A DNA stretch of 62,913 nt, counting the filler, from Reclinomonas americana ATCC 50394 (lineage: Eukaryota): the NCBI GenBank assembly GCA_048213135.1. It is 9 parts of 9 records of this genome, joined end to end, with 100 filler letters (N's around TTAATTAATTAA, not from the genome) between each part and the next. Parts side by side here need not be neighbours in the genome. Positions count along the whole stretch, not along the records: positions 11,041 to 37,744 come from AFZH01017736.1; positions 37,845 to 45,849 come from AFZH01017737.1; 7 more parts are not named here. One strand, 5' to 3'. The position numbers and the translations under genes were made by a program. A model generated the notes under the pieces. That model was given only the letters and a program-made list of their open reading frames with translations, did not search any database and had not been told where the DNA came from. Below, piece after piece: positions 27,401-40,852 of the stretch. Positions within the stretch are counted from its first letter, which is position 1; every line of letters begins with the position of its first letter.

Positions 27401-30400
27401 ACCGAATCCTGCGACTCCTTGACGTACTTGTTGTACAGCACCAGCTGAGATGCGATGCGCGTAAATGGCACTCCAGTGGCGAACATAATGTGCACTCCGT
27501 TGACCTGCTCAGCGGAGATGATTGGACGGAAAAGACACAAAGGAGGTTAAGCACAAGTGCACGCACCGCAGCAAAAGCACCGAGCGTATGACAGCGGTGA
27601 TGCCGCGCAATGTCGACTGCACTGTCGAGCCACGGGAGGGTCTTTTGGATCGACACGCCCCACTGTGCCGTGGCACTGCCGTGCACCAGAGCTGGCACGA
27701 GTTGGACAACGTTTGCGGGGAAACGCTGCGGAGCAAGAAGCAGAATATTCAGTGTGTGATCAACAATTACACAGCGATATCATTCCCCACCTGCGCCAGC
27801 TGCCAGGCCACCTGTCCAAACTCGAACGCCAGATCCAGGTTGCTGAAATACGAGTGCAACGCAAACGCGAAGAATGCGTACGCATCAGCACACACCGCAT
27901 GGCTCGCCTCCAGTTGAATCGAGAGCAGAGCGGCGAGTGAACCCAACCACGCCAGCAGCTCCTGTACACCCCCAATGAAGAGCAATATGAGTTGCAGTAA
28001 TCAATGCCGACAGTGCCCTGTGGTGGACGAACCGAGCGATGCTCAAACTGCCCGTTGAGGTAGACCACATTCCACGCCGCCGAAATCGCCTTGATAAAGT
28101 GCAGCACCTCCACAAGATCACATGCTGCGCGAGGAACCAAGGGAATGAATTTCATAATGGCATCCAGAAGCAGCGAGAGTTGACACATACCACCCTCAAA
28201 CACGCTGCATGGATCCGGCTCGGCAATCGCCGATCCACCGCAACGCAACACGTACTCAGCAGACTGATCGCCGTCGTCCAGGATCAGCTCGCGTGCGAGC
28301 AAATCGCGAGGCTCATTCATGCCCGCCTGGCGCATGTGCTCCATCACTTGCTGCTGTGTCACAACCACCACTTCGCGCAGTGGATCGTCACCTGCATGCC
28401 ACACATGATGATGAGATCTTCAGCGCATTCAGCAACGATGCAGAGAGAGTTGGCACGCACCCTCAAGCGGAACAGCCAGACTGTACTCTTGCAACATGCG
28501 GTCGACGGCCTTGGTGCCGAGTTGCAAGTCACCCAGCGCCTGCAAGATGCCAAAGTACATGGCGTAGACTGGCATCCGCTCGGATCGCTTGGTGGCCTTC
28601 TCCAGCACCAGTTCGCACAACTCGCGGGCGCGGCTCAGATTGCCCATGCCTTGCTCCAGAGCAGCCAGCAGACCATACGCTTGCACAATTAGCTGATGTC
28701 GATCGCCCCACGAAACCGTACGCGCACGAGATGTCCAGTTCACTGGCGATGTTGACGACGATGTCGCTGATGATGATGACGGTTGGCGTGGTGAAGCGCC
28801 CTCCTGGTGTCGCAGAATCTCTTGCAGCAGCTCGTGTGCATTCAACAACGACGGTTGTGGTTGTGATTGTGGTGCACCTGGAAAAAAAGTGTGAGCCATT
28901 TCAAATTCACAACCAACATTCCCTCTCCCCCTCACAAACCATGACTGCGCGGCATCGCCTGCTGCAGGAGGTGCCTCTGCTGAATCAACCACATTTCGTG
29001 AATGGCCACCGCATGCCGTGCAAACTCCAGGCCCGTCTCAAAGGAGCCACTTCTCCGCGCCTCGTAGCTCGCCAGCACATTGATGGTGGCCACCAACACC
29101 TGGTACGAAGGATTCTCCACCATGTCGAACAGCTTGAAGCCCATGTTGAAGTGGTTGACCATGTCGAAGAGCATCGACGGATCAATCGTCTGCCTGCGCA
29201 CCTGCAGCTGCTCCTCGCGCCGCAGTCGCTCGTACTGCGCACGCAAGTGCTGCACGCGAGACAGCTCCGACGCAAATGGCACCGCCGAGAACAGCACCAC
29301 CAGATTGGGGAAGCGGTAAAAGGTCTTCAGTGCCAGGTGGAAGTGCAGAAGCGCACTCTGCTCTGGCGAGTTGAGGCTGTAGGCGGCTCCCCGCACGCGT
29401 GGATGCACAAAGGTGTAGGTGCTCTCCAGCTCGGTCGAGTGTCGCATCGACAACTCCAGGGAGTGCACCGAGGCCGAGGCTGAGGGTGTGGGAGGAAGGG
29501 GGAGGGGGTGAGGGGGAGGGGGGGAAGGAGGGGAAGGAGGAGAGGGGGAAGGAGGCGAAGTGGAAAGCAAGAGAAAGGAGGGGGAGGAAAGGAGAAAAGC
29601 GAAAGAAAGGAGCGAATAAAAGATGGGCAGAGAAGAAAAGAGTGAAATGAAAGGGATTGGGACGGCGAGCTGAAAAGGACTGAAAAGCAGAGCTGAGAAA
29701 GAGGGGAGCAAAGCTGCGGTAGAGTTGAGCACAGCGACGACCAAAAGAGACCGGGGGAGAAGAAGGATTGGATAGAAGCGAATTGAAGGAGAAGTGAGGA
29801 AGACAAGGCTGGAAGAAGTAAAGAACGAAGCAACACACGAGAGGGAAGGGAGGAGATTAAAAAGCATGAGACTGAGGAAGACGAAAGGAATTGTTTTGAA
29901 GGAAATAAGAAGCAGAGCTGAGGAGAAATGAGAGGCAGAGCTGAGAAATAGGAGAACAGAGCTGCAGACTAGGAGAGTAGAAAGGAGGGGCAAAGAGACA
30001 AGGGAAGAAGGAGGAATGGATTTGAAGGAAACATGAAGGAGAGCTGAAGAGGAATGTGAGGCAGCTGAGAAAGAGGAGAACAAGGCTGCAGAAGAGGAGA
30101 GAACAAAGTTCAGGCAAAATAGACTGAAGAAGAAGAGAAGAGCAAGTTGGAAGAGAACGAGAAGGACGAGCAGAGTGGAGCGGCTGACCAGATGTGATGA
30201 ACAACAAAGGTGTATAGCGAAATGATAGAATAAGGATGGAAGAAAGAAAGAAGAAGAGTGGAGGGAGAATGACTATCCGAGCATGATGAGGAAGTAAGGA
30301 ATCATCAATTTAGGCACGCAACTGGCAAGTGGACCAGACACGGCCAGGGAGTTGGTGGTGGGTCCGCTTTCGGTGAACCAACCCTCCTGGACGCACTCAA

Positions 30401-33400
30401 ACAACAGGTCGCGGAACTCTTGCACAGTGCGAATCGAGTGCTCCTGCACCACACTGCCTGTTAATAGATGGTGTCACCACAATGAGTCGCCCACTTCCAA
30501 TGACAAACCGTATCGGTGTTGGCCGACTCGACGAGCAGCAGCTGGCGCACACTGAAACGCATGCCGACAATGGCCGCCGAGCGCAACAGCCGCTGCACCT
30601 TCACCGAGCCACGCGACTGCAACCGGTGGATCATGAAGTCCACCACGTTCTCCGACGCTTGCATGCGCGTGTGCAGCTTCGCCAAGTCCACCTTCCACTG
30701 CTGTCGCTGGTAGTCAAAGTGGAGAATGCTTTCCTCGTAGATCTGCAAGCGGCACAGTGAGACTCGCCAAGGCTCGTAAAAAGAACTGAAAGCACCACGA
30801 ACCGTGTGCAACCACTCGCGCACGTAGAACGGGTTGCCCTTGGTGCACTGCATGATCGAGGAGGCGAGGTCGTGGAACTCGCCCTGGCTGGTGTCACAGT
30901 GGAGAGTGTCGCGGATCATGCGCGCCACGTGCTCGTGATTGAGCAACTCCAACTGGATGTCGCACACCTCGGCTCCACAAGCCGCCAGCGCCGACACCTT
31001 GGCACTGATGCTGTTCATCACATCGCTCGCACCACCCCCATGCCGCGTGTCCGTGGCATCGTCGCGATACGACAAGGCAATGGCCAGACGACCGCTGCTG
31101 TACTCGGTGGGCGCCACCGTCGACATGAGTGTGGAAATGAGCTGCGCCGTGCTGGCGTCGGCACAGTGGACATTGTCAAAGGTGACCAGCAGCGTGTTCT
31201 GGCGGCCTGGTCGGTCGTGCAGCCCGTTTCCGGCGGCCACGGCCAACAGAATTGAGACGACAGCGTCGCGCACAGCATCCATGGCGGGAATGCCTGGAGT
31301 GGTGGTTTCAGAGAGAGCACCCGCTTGCGGGCCACTGTTGTCGGCATTGTTGGGCGTGTGCACGTCGCCAAAGAGCGCATCGCCCTCCAGCAACGGCGCA
31401 AACTCGGGAATCAGCGGCAACAACATGCTGCCGCGATCTGCGAATATACAGAAAAGGAGAAAAGGTGTGATTACTCGTCACAGAATCACTCATAATTTGC
31501 ATGGCACCAACCTTGCAAGGCGCGCATCACCACATCTCGCCAAGCGTGAAAATCAACGTCACGTTGCGCAATCAAAAACGTGACCAGCTGGCGCATCAGC
31601 TCACGAATGGCAGCCGATGGTCGCGAGTGGCTGTACTCGTCAAAAGCCACTGCCAGGCACACGGCCTGTCCAATAGCGGCCGTTTCCGAGTCGTCGGTGG
31701 ACGCCTCGGTGACCAGCTGTTGAATCTCCGACAGCAGCGCCGTCTTGCCGGCACCGGGTTCACCATGCACGAGGACCACGGAGACTTGTGGGGCGGACAT
31801 GGCCGAGGCTGTGAGGGGAGAGGGTGGATGAGAAGGAGAAGACAAGGGACGAAAGGAGGAGAAGGTGGAGAAGAAAAAACAAGGAGTAGAAGGGGAGACA
31901 ACCGCAGAACAAGAAAGCGCAGAAGTGACAAGAAGAAACAGTGGAGAGCATAAAGAATGCAGAGGAGGAGAAGGGGACAGGAACGCGCAGAGGGAAAGAA
32001 TAAGGAGACGAATAAATACACAATTAACATCAACGAATCGAGAAAGAAGAGGAAAGCCGGATGATAAGACGACAGGAAATGTAGTCGCAGGAGAGACAAA
32101 ACGAGAACCAGATGGAGAATAGCAAAACAACAACAACAACAACAACAGCAATAATACCAAGAAGAAGAAGATCAAGAAGAGTAAACCCAAGAAAAATGCA
32201 GAAGAAAATGCAGAGAAGATCTTAGATGCGAGAGGATACAGGAGGAGGAACTGGATAACAGCTGACGGAGGACATGACGATGAAGAAGAAGCGAGAGAAC
32301 AGAGGTGGAAAAACTGCAGCAACAACAGCATCAACAAAAACACGAATCACGAGTTCATGATGTAGGCAAGTGACTCGAGACGATTAATGGGAACGGACAT
32401 GACATGCGAATGAAAGAGAAAGGAGTGCGTTGCGAGACTTCGGTACATAAGACACATCGCCTTTCGACACAGAAGAGCATCAATGAGATATCACCATGAA
32501 CATATTCCCTTGACTATCCTACTTCCCTTTCTCCCGTCTCCCCTTTTCCCTTTCCCCTTCCCTCTTCCCCCTCTTCTCCTCTTCCCTCGTTCCCCCTTCC
32601 CCCTTCTCCCTTCCCCCTTCCTTTCCCCATACGCACCACGTCGCTCGAAACGATTACGAGCAAACGGCGAACTCCCGTGCGACAGCGAGCGTGACGAGCG
32701 CCGACTCCGCCGCTGCTGCATGTTGCGCGCAGCAATGGCTTGCATGGCCTGCTGCAGCGCTGCCTCGCGGCCGTACAGCTTGTTGGGAATGTGGAATGAG
32801 TTGTCGACCTCGCACTGGCCGGCCACAAACGACTCCAGTTCCTGATAGAACAAAAAGAGATGAGGACGAAGAGATTACAAAAGAAGCATCATTGCATGCG
32901 TGGTCACCTTTTCCGCCAAAAACAGTCGATCGCGCACAAACTCCATGTCGAGAGCCAAGCCGAGGGCCGTCTGGTACCGATGCGCAGGATCCTTGGCCAG
33001 CAGCTTGGCCACAATGTTGGAGATGCACTGCGGAATCACCATGGTGCCGTCGGCCGTCAGGTGCGTGAGGGAGCGCGACTGCGAGTTGCTTCCGTGTCGG
33101 TGTGTGGTCGAGGTGAGTGGCGGCGGCACGCGCGCAATGTGGCTGTGGATGAGATCCAGCGGATCGTCGCACGTGAATGGTGGCTTGCCCGCCAGCAGCT
33201 CGTACGCAATGACGCCCAGCGTATACAGATCGCTGCGGTCGTCGACAGCCACACGCCCGAGACGGCCCGTCTGTTCCGGACTGGTGTACAAGAAGAACTG
33301 GCGCACCGACTGACCCTCGCTGAGTGGCTGCTGCGACGCCTGCACAAAGTGCTGATCGGTGGTGTTGCGAAAGGCCACCACCGAGGCCATGCTGAGGTCG

Positions 33401-34522
33401 AGAAGGCGCACTCGCGCATGTCGAAAATCAAGATCGCTCAGCGGCAACGCCGCCTGTGCGCCATCGTCATACGACGATGAGCCCGACACCGGCTGCGACC
33501 GGCTGTACATCAGCAGGCCGTCATTGGCACTGAGATCGGTGGCCGAGCCGTGTTCGGCGGTGAGCGGTGGGAATTCGAGCACAATGTTGTAGGGCTTCAG
33601 GTTGCGATGCGCAATGTTGGCCGCGTGCACCCGCTGCAGCGCATGCGCAATCGCCGGCATGATCTCGCAAAACACCGACACGGAGAGGCGACGCGACTGC
33701 GCAAACTTGACCTGGATCAGGTCTTGCAACGACAACACCGTGGCGGTGGAGGGAAACGGCGGCAGCGAGTCCTCCGGGTACCACGTGAGAGCCAAGGCGG
33801 CGCGACCGGCACCCAAGTCGACGAACTCGAGCGGGCGAAACACAGAGCCAGTGGCCACCTCGTGCAGGCGACGGCACATGGCCCAGTCTTGGAGGAGAGC
33901 GCGCTGCATGTGCTCAGTCTGCGTATTGCGTGAGCAGTCGCCCCTTCAACAACAACAATCGCCTCGTGAGACAGCACGCAACTGGGAACTCGGCATTGGG
34001 TGCCACCAGCAGGCACGGCAGTCCATCCTCGCGGCGCACACACTGGAGAACCGACCACTCGGCGCCCAGATACGATCGTTTCGTCAGCACCGCAAACGAT
34101 TCCTGAATGTGCAAGTGCAGCGGCTGATCGCCGTGATCGCCATCGTCGCCGTCCACCGACACGGCTGGGTCCTCTGAGCGCTCACTCTCTGCGACACCAA
34201 CGCCCGCCGTGGTCGCAGTGGAGCGCGACAGCGACGGCGAGGCAATCACACTGCCACTGCGCAGACGCGCGGCAGACGGTGTGTACGACAGCGATGCGCC
34301 TGAGGGTGGCGTTGTCAGCAGCTTGCTGGCTGTTGGTGTGCGCTCGAGTGGCATGGCGAGGGAAGGAGGCGGCGGTGAGGCCATGGATGAGAGAGGTGTG
34401 CCGCCAACCGCACTAGCCGAGGATATGCCAATGGTTGTGCCTCGTCGCTCGCGGTGTATGCCGCGCGAGGCCATCATCTCCCGTTGCACCGCCAGTGGCG
34501 GTTGCAGGCGTCGCGAGGACAT
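21441..34522 (-). CDS. Giant multidomain sensor: kinase-like domain, AAA/STAND-type ATPase, helical region, GAF, class III adenylate cyclase, long low-complexity tail
   Basis: Kinase-like: HRNLKPYNI, YTSPEQTGR, DDRSDLYTLGV..YELLAGKPPF, KLLAKDPAHRYQTALGL. ATPase: IPNKLYGRE, GEPGAGKT, TKGNPFY, YTFVHPRV. GAF: MDLSSVMKAMQAVSMEI...RSIICLP...DNAQLY. Cyclase: LFMDIRGFT, DKFIGDAIM, GIGIHSG, EGTVIADTVNTASRLEGLTK. The tail joins in frame through the intron at 23768. Confidence 0.85.
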
Positions 34523-34737
34523 TCGAGGTGAGGCTGAGATGCGTCCGTGCGTGATCGATCTCAATCAAAGAAAAACTATCCGTTATGCGATTTCTCGAAA
34601 ATCGATGAAAAAGTGATCTAAGGCTTGCATTGCCATTGCGCAGTGAGCTTCATTGGGAGGGATCGCATTAATTATGGATTTCGATTCCTCTAGGTGACGA
34701 GTGACCCAGGGGCGTGAGCGCAGAAAAAGATTGTCGA

Positions 34738-36047
34738 TTATGACCGGCGCTCAGAGTTTGGTGCTGCTGCCGCGGGTGCTGAGGACGGGATGTCTACGAC
34801 AGTCTCCTCCAACATGTGGTGGCGCGGGTGCACGGGCTTCACCAGGCTGTTGGAGACAAGCGCAATGGCGAGCACGCCAGCCATCGAGTACATGCTGCAA
34901 GGGATTCATGGTCAGCACTTGTGAAAATCACGAAACAAGCGCAGCGTAAGGACGAAACGTGGTGTTGTAAAGAGCTGCAGCATGGAGGTGAGTGAGTACG
35001 TGATGAGAGAGCAAGAGGGGATTCTCCTGTTTGCCAAACCTGGAGTCGGGTCCAGTGTGCCCGGCGGAGCGATTTCCATCAGACGTGCAATGGTGACCGT
35101 CTTGTCGCGCCGCAGAGTCAGCAACGCATGGAAGATTGCAGAAAACAACTACGATCGTACGCCAAACCTTGGCCTCTGTGAGTGCCTTGAGGTCGGCCAG
35201 TGGAGCACCGAAAGCCTGCTCAAAACGTGCGGGATCGACAGTGGCCGCCAGGTCACGAATGGCCTGGTGCACCGACGACTCGCGCAACTTGGTAATGGCC
35301 AGCGGGCCAAACACGCCGGCCGCACTCCATGCGGTCAGCAGACTGTAACGTGAAGTCAAAGGTGAGCTTCGTGTGGAGACAGACACAGAGGAGGGAAGTC
35401 TCCTTCGCACACACCGTCCGTGGATGCCACCGACATATTTCGTGCCAAACATGTCGGCCAGGTACGCGGGGATGGTGCTGACGCTCGACGGGTGAGAGGG
35501 GGGAACAAGAAAGCGTTTCAACAAGAGGGCGATGAACTCACGCAAAACCGCCGCCATAGAACGTGAAAATGGCCATGGTGGAGCCGTAAAAGAGAAGCAG
35601 CGGGGCGATACCGGGGCTGGCGCTGACCCAGCTGGCGGCGAAGGGGATCGACAGGTACAATGGAATGCCGCCCTGCACCACACTTTTTAAGCACACCAAA
35701 GGATACAAGCAAAGCATGGGGTCGACGCACCGCAAAGAACACCATGTAGGTGTTCTTCCGGCCAATCACATCGCTGAGACTGGCCCACAGGAAGCGGCCG
35801 CCCATGTTGAACAGTGAAATCTGCGCATTACAGCAATGAGAAATACGCTCAATATCCCTTACCTCTCCCCGCCCCACACGCACCATGGTGACATAGGTGG
35901 CGGCAAACGAGGCGTCCACAATGGTGGGCAGAGCACCACCGAAAATGTCGCGCATCATGGTCGCCGCCACGCCGAGCACGCCAATGCCGGCAGTCACATT
36001 GCAGCACAGGTTGATCCACAGCAAGTAGAATTGCTTCGTCTTGATGG

Positions 36048-36081
<34 letters not shown>

Positions 36082-37017
36082 CGCACAGGTGGGTAAGGAG
36101 ATGCAGGTGAGTGGAGAGAATGAACAACAACACACCTCGTCAATGTGCACATTGCGGGTGGTGATCAGCGAGTGCTTGCCCGTGGAGGCACCGGCTGTCG
36201 GAGGGGTGTATCCGGCGGGCACCCAGGTCGGCGACGGAATGCGGTACGCAAAAGCCGCCAGTGTCATGATGGCCCAGTAGACGGCGCCAAGGGTGAGCAT
36301 GGTGCTGGCGGCTCCCGTTGAGCCCGTGCCAACCAGATAGACGCCTGCCGAGCATGCAATGTCACAAAGAGAAGGAACAACACACAAATGGCGAGATGCG
36401 GGGCCAATCGTAACCTTCTTGCAGACCGGGGAATTGCGACGAGGCCAGATCGGCGTGCGTCGCCACCACCACTTCGCGCAGTTGATCGCCGATTTGGACA
36501 ACGCGCTGTGGGTCGATGGTTGAGATGGGAGGATGCAAGGGGAGGAGACGGGTGAAGGGAAAGAGAGATGGGGAAAAGCGAAGGGGGAAGAACAAGGGGG
36601 AAGACCAAGGGGGAAGAGCAAAGGGGGAAGAGCAAAGGGGGAAGAGCAAAGGGGAAGAGCAAGGGGGAAGAGCAAGGGGGAAGACAAGGGGAAGACGGAA
36701 AAATGAAAGAAAATCGCTCTCTCGATGCCTGTCACCAACCTCGCCAGTCTCCTGCGTCACCACGTGCACGTCGTGCACGGAGCCGACGTACTCGGGTGGT
36801 GACTTGTAGAACCGCAGCAGTCGCTCAATCAGCGGCGCAGCAACCATGGCGCCACCACCGAAGCCCTGCATCAGTCTGCGATCAGACATGCATCTCGGGA
36901 GCCACAACGAGGGATGACAAGGAATCGCACCATGATGGACAGGCCAGCCGCCATTCCTCGACGGTCGATAAACCACCGGATGAGAGTACTCACAGGCGAC
37001 ACGTCTGCAAGAGGGAA

Positions 37018-37048
<31 letters not shown>

Positions 37049-37874
37049 CAAGGAGAGGGACTGTGAGAGGGAGAAGGAAGGTAGAGAGAAAGAGAGTGCA
37101 GGAGATACAATGAGACAGCGACACCAATGAGAGAGAGAAGGCGAGGGAGAGAAAGAGTGGGTGTGTGAGAGAGAGCAAGACACCAATGAGAGAGCAAGAC
37201 ACCAATGAGAGAGGGTGAAACAGCGAGACAGTGTGCATTCGACAGTGTACGTAGAAAAGTGAGAGCAGGGGTGAAGGAGAGAGTGAAGGAGGCAGCGAAG
37301 GAAACGCAGAGAGACGGTTGCACCAACGAGAGAGGGTGAGAGAGAGAGAGAGAAACTTAGAGGCAAAACGAGAGACAGTGAGACAGTGTGTGCGAGACAA
37401 CTATCCACGAGGAGCGAGAAACAGAGACAGTGCTCACCAACGAGAGAGGGTGAGTGAGAACAGGCAACGTCCAACGCTAACACGACAGTTACAACGTTTA
37501 CACGCCACGACAAATCAACAGAGTGACAGGGAAGAGCATCGGAGACAAGAGGAGTGACACACACGAGTAATAGTCTTCATATTACCCAATGCAGCCCCGA
37601 TTCCTCTGCCTCCTCTGTCTCGCTTGTCCTCCATTCCTTTGCCCCCCTCGCCCTCCCCTTCCCCTCGATCCCCCCTCCACCTCGCCACTCACATCCCAGG
37701 CCCAGTCCGCATCCACCCAACACGCCATAGCCCAGATACAGCAGNNNNNNNNNNNNNNNNNNNNNNNNNNNNNNNNNNNNNNNNNNNNTTAATTAATTAA
37801 NNNNNNNNNNNNNNNNNNNNNNNNNNNNNNNNNNNNNNNNNNNNCTCTCTCTCTCTCTCTCTCTCTCCTCCCTC

Positions 37875-37906
<32 letters not shown>

Positions 37907-38230
37907 GCTCTTCCCGTCCTTCTCCCCTCCCTCCTTCTCCCCTCCTTCTCCCTCTCTCCTCTCCCCCCTTCTCCTCCTCCCCTCTCCCCCACCAACTCAC
38001 CCAATACACAAATGCACACCCAACGCCGCTGGCGGCACCAACCACCGATTGAAACCCGCTCGCGCCACAATGCTCTCCTTGCGAAACACACGCGGAATGC
38101 GCGATTCCTTGCCCACAGAAGAAGAAGAAGAAGAAGAAGAAGATGCAGGCAATGATGACGACGACGAGAGCAGTCGCATGCCAGTCGATAACAGCAAAGG
38201 CCGCCGCATTGCGCGGGAAAAGCCCAACAT
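34738..38230 (-). CDS. MFS transporter, oxalate:formate antiporter (OFA / YhjX-like) family
   Basis: [101 protein letters not shown]...VGGIHGRLLTAWS. The gene spans the gap at 37745-37844. Confidence 0.9.
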
Positions 38231-38578
38231 ATTTGCCGGTGTGACAATCGTCGGCGGCGAGCACGACTGTCACCATCGAACATCGCACAGCCAGTGAGAG
38301 AGACAGACATGGGCCACGAAGTTGCGCAGTGTGTATGTGAGAGAGAGCGTATGTGTGTGAGTGAGAGAAGAGATCACGCATATGTCTTGTGCTGGAGTGT
38401 TCACTGAACAGATTGTCGGAAAATATAGTGTCGCGCATTGTGTGTGTGTATGCGTGATGCACAGTGGAGAGAGAGTCATCGCACACTGTCGCGCACACTC
38501 TGACACCGAGTGAGAATCAGTGACGCACGCGGGGTGCGACATGTCGTCATTCCCCTCAACGCCTCTCTTCCCGCACAG

Positions 38579-40127
38579 CACGGACAGCCTACTCCCGCGT
38601 CACCGCCGAGCCAGCAAGGCGGTTACCCGCCACAGGGCGGCGCGCCTGGTTACCCGGCGCCTCCGCCTCCGGGTTACCCGCCGCAGGGCGCGCCCGGTTA
38701 CCCGCCACCGCCGGGCTCCCAGCCGGGTTACCCGCCGCAGCAGGGCTACCCACCGCAGGGCTACCCGCCACAGGGATACCCGCAGCAGCCTGGTTACCCG
38801 CCGCAGGGATACCCGCCGCAGGTATACCCGCAGCAGCCGGGGTACCCGCCGCAGGGTTACCCGCAGCAGCCGGGATCGTATCCTGGACAGGTACCGGTTC
38901 GCTTGCTCTCTATGGCCTCCTCTTTCTCTGCTTGTGTGTGACTCATGCTCTGTGTGTAGCCTGGATCGTACCCGGCTCCGCAGGTGTGTCTGTTGGTGCT
39001 GCTTTGCAACTGCTGCAACGCGCGCGCGCTGAAATGCATCTTGTTGTTGTCGATATAGGTGACTGTCGTGCAGACGACGGTGAAGGAGCAGGGCAGCTGC
39101 ATGGAGCGCTTCAAGCTGGCGATTCCGCGCATGCGTCTGTGGTGGGGCATCATCTGCTTCATCTTTGTTGCGTCTTTGCTTGCAGTGCATGATCGCCAGC
39201 CGGTGAACTCACGTTCCTGTTTGTTAGAACCTCCTGCCGGGTGCGCTGGGCACGCTGATTGGTGCCATTGCTGGTGGCAGTGAGGGTGCGTGGCATGTGT
39301 TGCAATGCCTGTGTCTTGTTGTCCAGTGCTGACTCGTGTTGTGCAGAGTGCTGCTGCCCGATCCCGGTTCGCCGCGAGTGCATCATGCGTGTGTGGGCGA
39401 GGATGATGTGCATTGATTGCTCACGTGTCATCGTTACTGTGTGCAGAAGGGAGACGGTACCGCCAAGCAGGATGTGGCCACGGGTTGCGGAGGTGAGTTG
39501 GAGTGGAACGTGAATTGTATCTATGCGAGAGATGCTGATTATCATGTCATGTCTGTGCAGTGTTCTGGATTAACTTCTGGTTCGCCTCCGCTGCTCCGTC
39601 GTGAGATTGGTGTCCTGTTCTAACCTGTGTCTCGCTTTTTTGCGACTCGCCATGACCAATAGGGTGTGGTGAGTGATGCACGATTGCAGCAGCTGTGCAA
39701 GCCAAGAGTTCGTTGCTGACCATCTCTTCTTTCTTCTCTCTCTCTTTGCAGGGTCCTCCAACTCGCCAGCACACTGATCTTCTTTATTGGTTTGTCGAAA
39801 TATTGCTACCTTTCCTTCCTTTGCGTCCTAGCTTAATTCTTACCTTGCCGTTCTGCATCCCAGGCTACGTGTGGTGTGTACGCAACGCCATCAACCACGT
39901 CGTACTCGTGCAGTCTCTTACTGCTTTCTCGTGTGCAGGGGCATCATGTGGGGTGTGCTGATGCTCACCTCGTCGATCGAGGTGTCGTCGCAGGGCAACC
40001 GCGAGGGCAAGGTTCGCCACCTCTACTCACCACCGCACTCCTCCCCTCAATCCACCCATTCACCTCTCCTCGTTCCTTCCTGCCTGCACAGCAAACCACG
40101 ACGCAGACGGTCATTGTCAACAGCTGA
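38579..40127 (+). CDS. SPEC3/stum-like membrane protein with a GYPPQ-repeat N-terminus (start codon unresolved)
   Basis: PGYPPQ repeats, then [30 protein letters not shown]...[31 protein letters not shown]. This matches the SPEC3/stum pattern (N..PG.GT; LQL....GW.W.I.WG). It is built from many tiny exons. Confidence 0.75.
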
Positions 40128-40769
40128 GCACAATCTCTCGGCCTCGTTTTTGTGTCATTTTTCTTGTGCGCTCCTCCGCCGCTACTTACCCAGCGACGGA
40201 GAGTCTTTTTATATATCATTTCTCTCGTGTGCGCGCCCATGAAAGAGTCATTACATACTCGCCCAATTTAACGCGGTCCATGATTACTGTGAAATTTCAG
40301 CACGTTCCGGCCGATTACTTTGAGTGCTGTGCTCAGTGAGAGAGTGTGTGCACAGACGCGTGACTAGTGCAACCCGCGCGCGTGTGTGAGAGAGAGCGCG
40401 CACAGTGTGCCCTCACTTGCTCTTCACAAAAGATGATGGTGTGCAAAAAAATCGAAAAACTGTGGCCGTTTGTTCCATTCTTGCGCAATCACTCACTCTC
40501 TCTCTCTCTCTCTCTCTCTCTGTTATATTCGTAATGAGCACAGAAGTTTCCGCGCACAGTGTACACAGGCAGCCGAGCCAAGGAGGCAAGTGCTCTTTCA
40601 ATCATCTGAGGCAGTGAGCGTTGACTGACGAGCTCTCTCTCTCTCTCTCTTTCTCTGTACATGTGCGTGTGTCTGTACCATGTGTCTGTCTTTGTGTGTT
40701 TGCTTCTGTGTCCATTTCTCGAACTCCCCACTGCTCTTTCCCTGTCTGTCTGTCCTCTCTCTCCCTCTG

Positions 40770-40842
<73 letters not shown>

Positions 40843-40852
40843 CACTGAACAG

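Noticed and set aside
28209..29483. Long plus-strand ORFs overlapping the sensor cyclase, and similar antisense ORFs throughout the window
   Set aside because: These are shadow ORFs expected opposite GC-rich coding exons.
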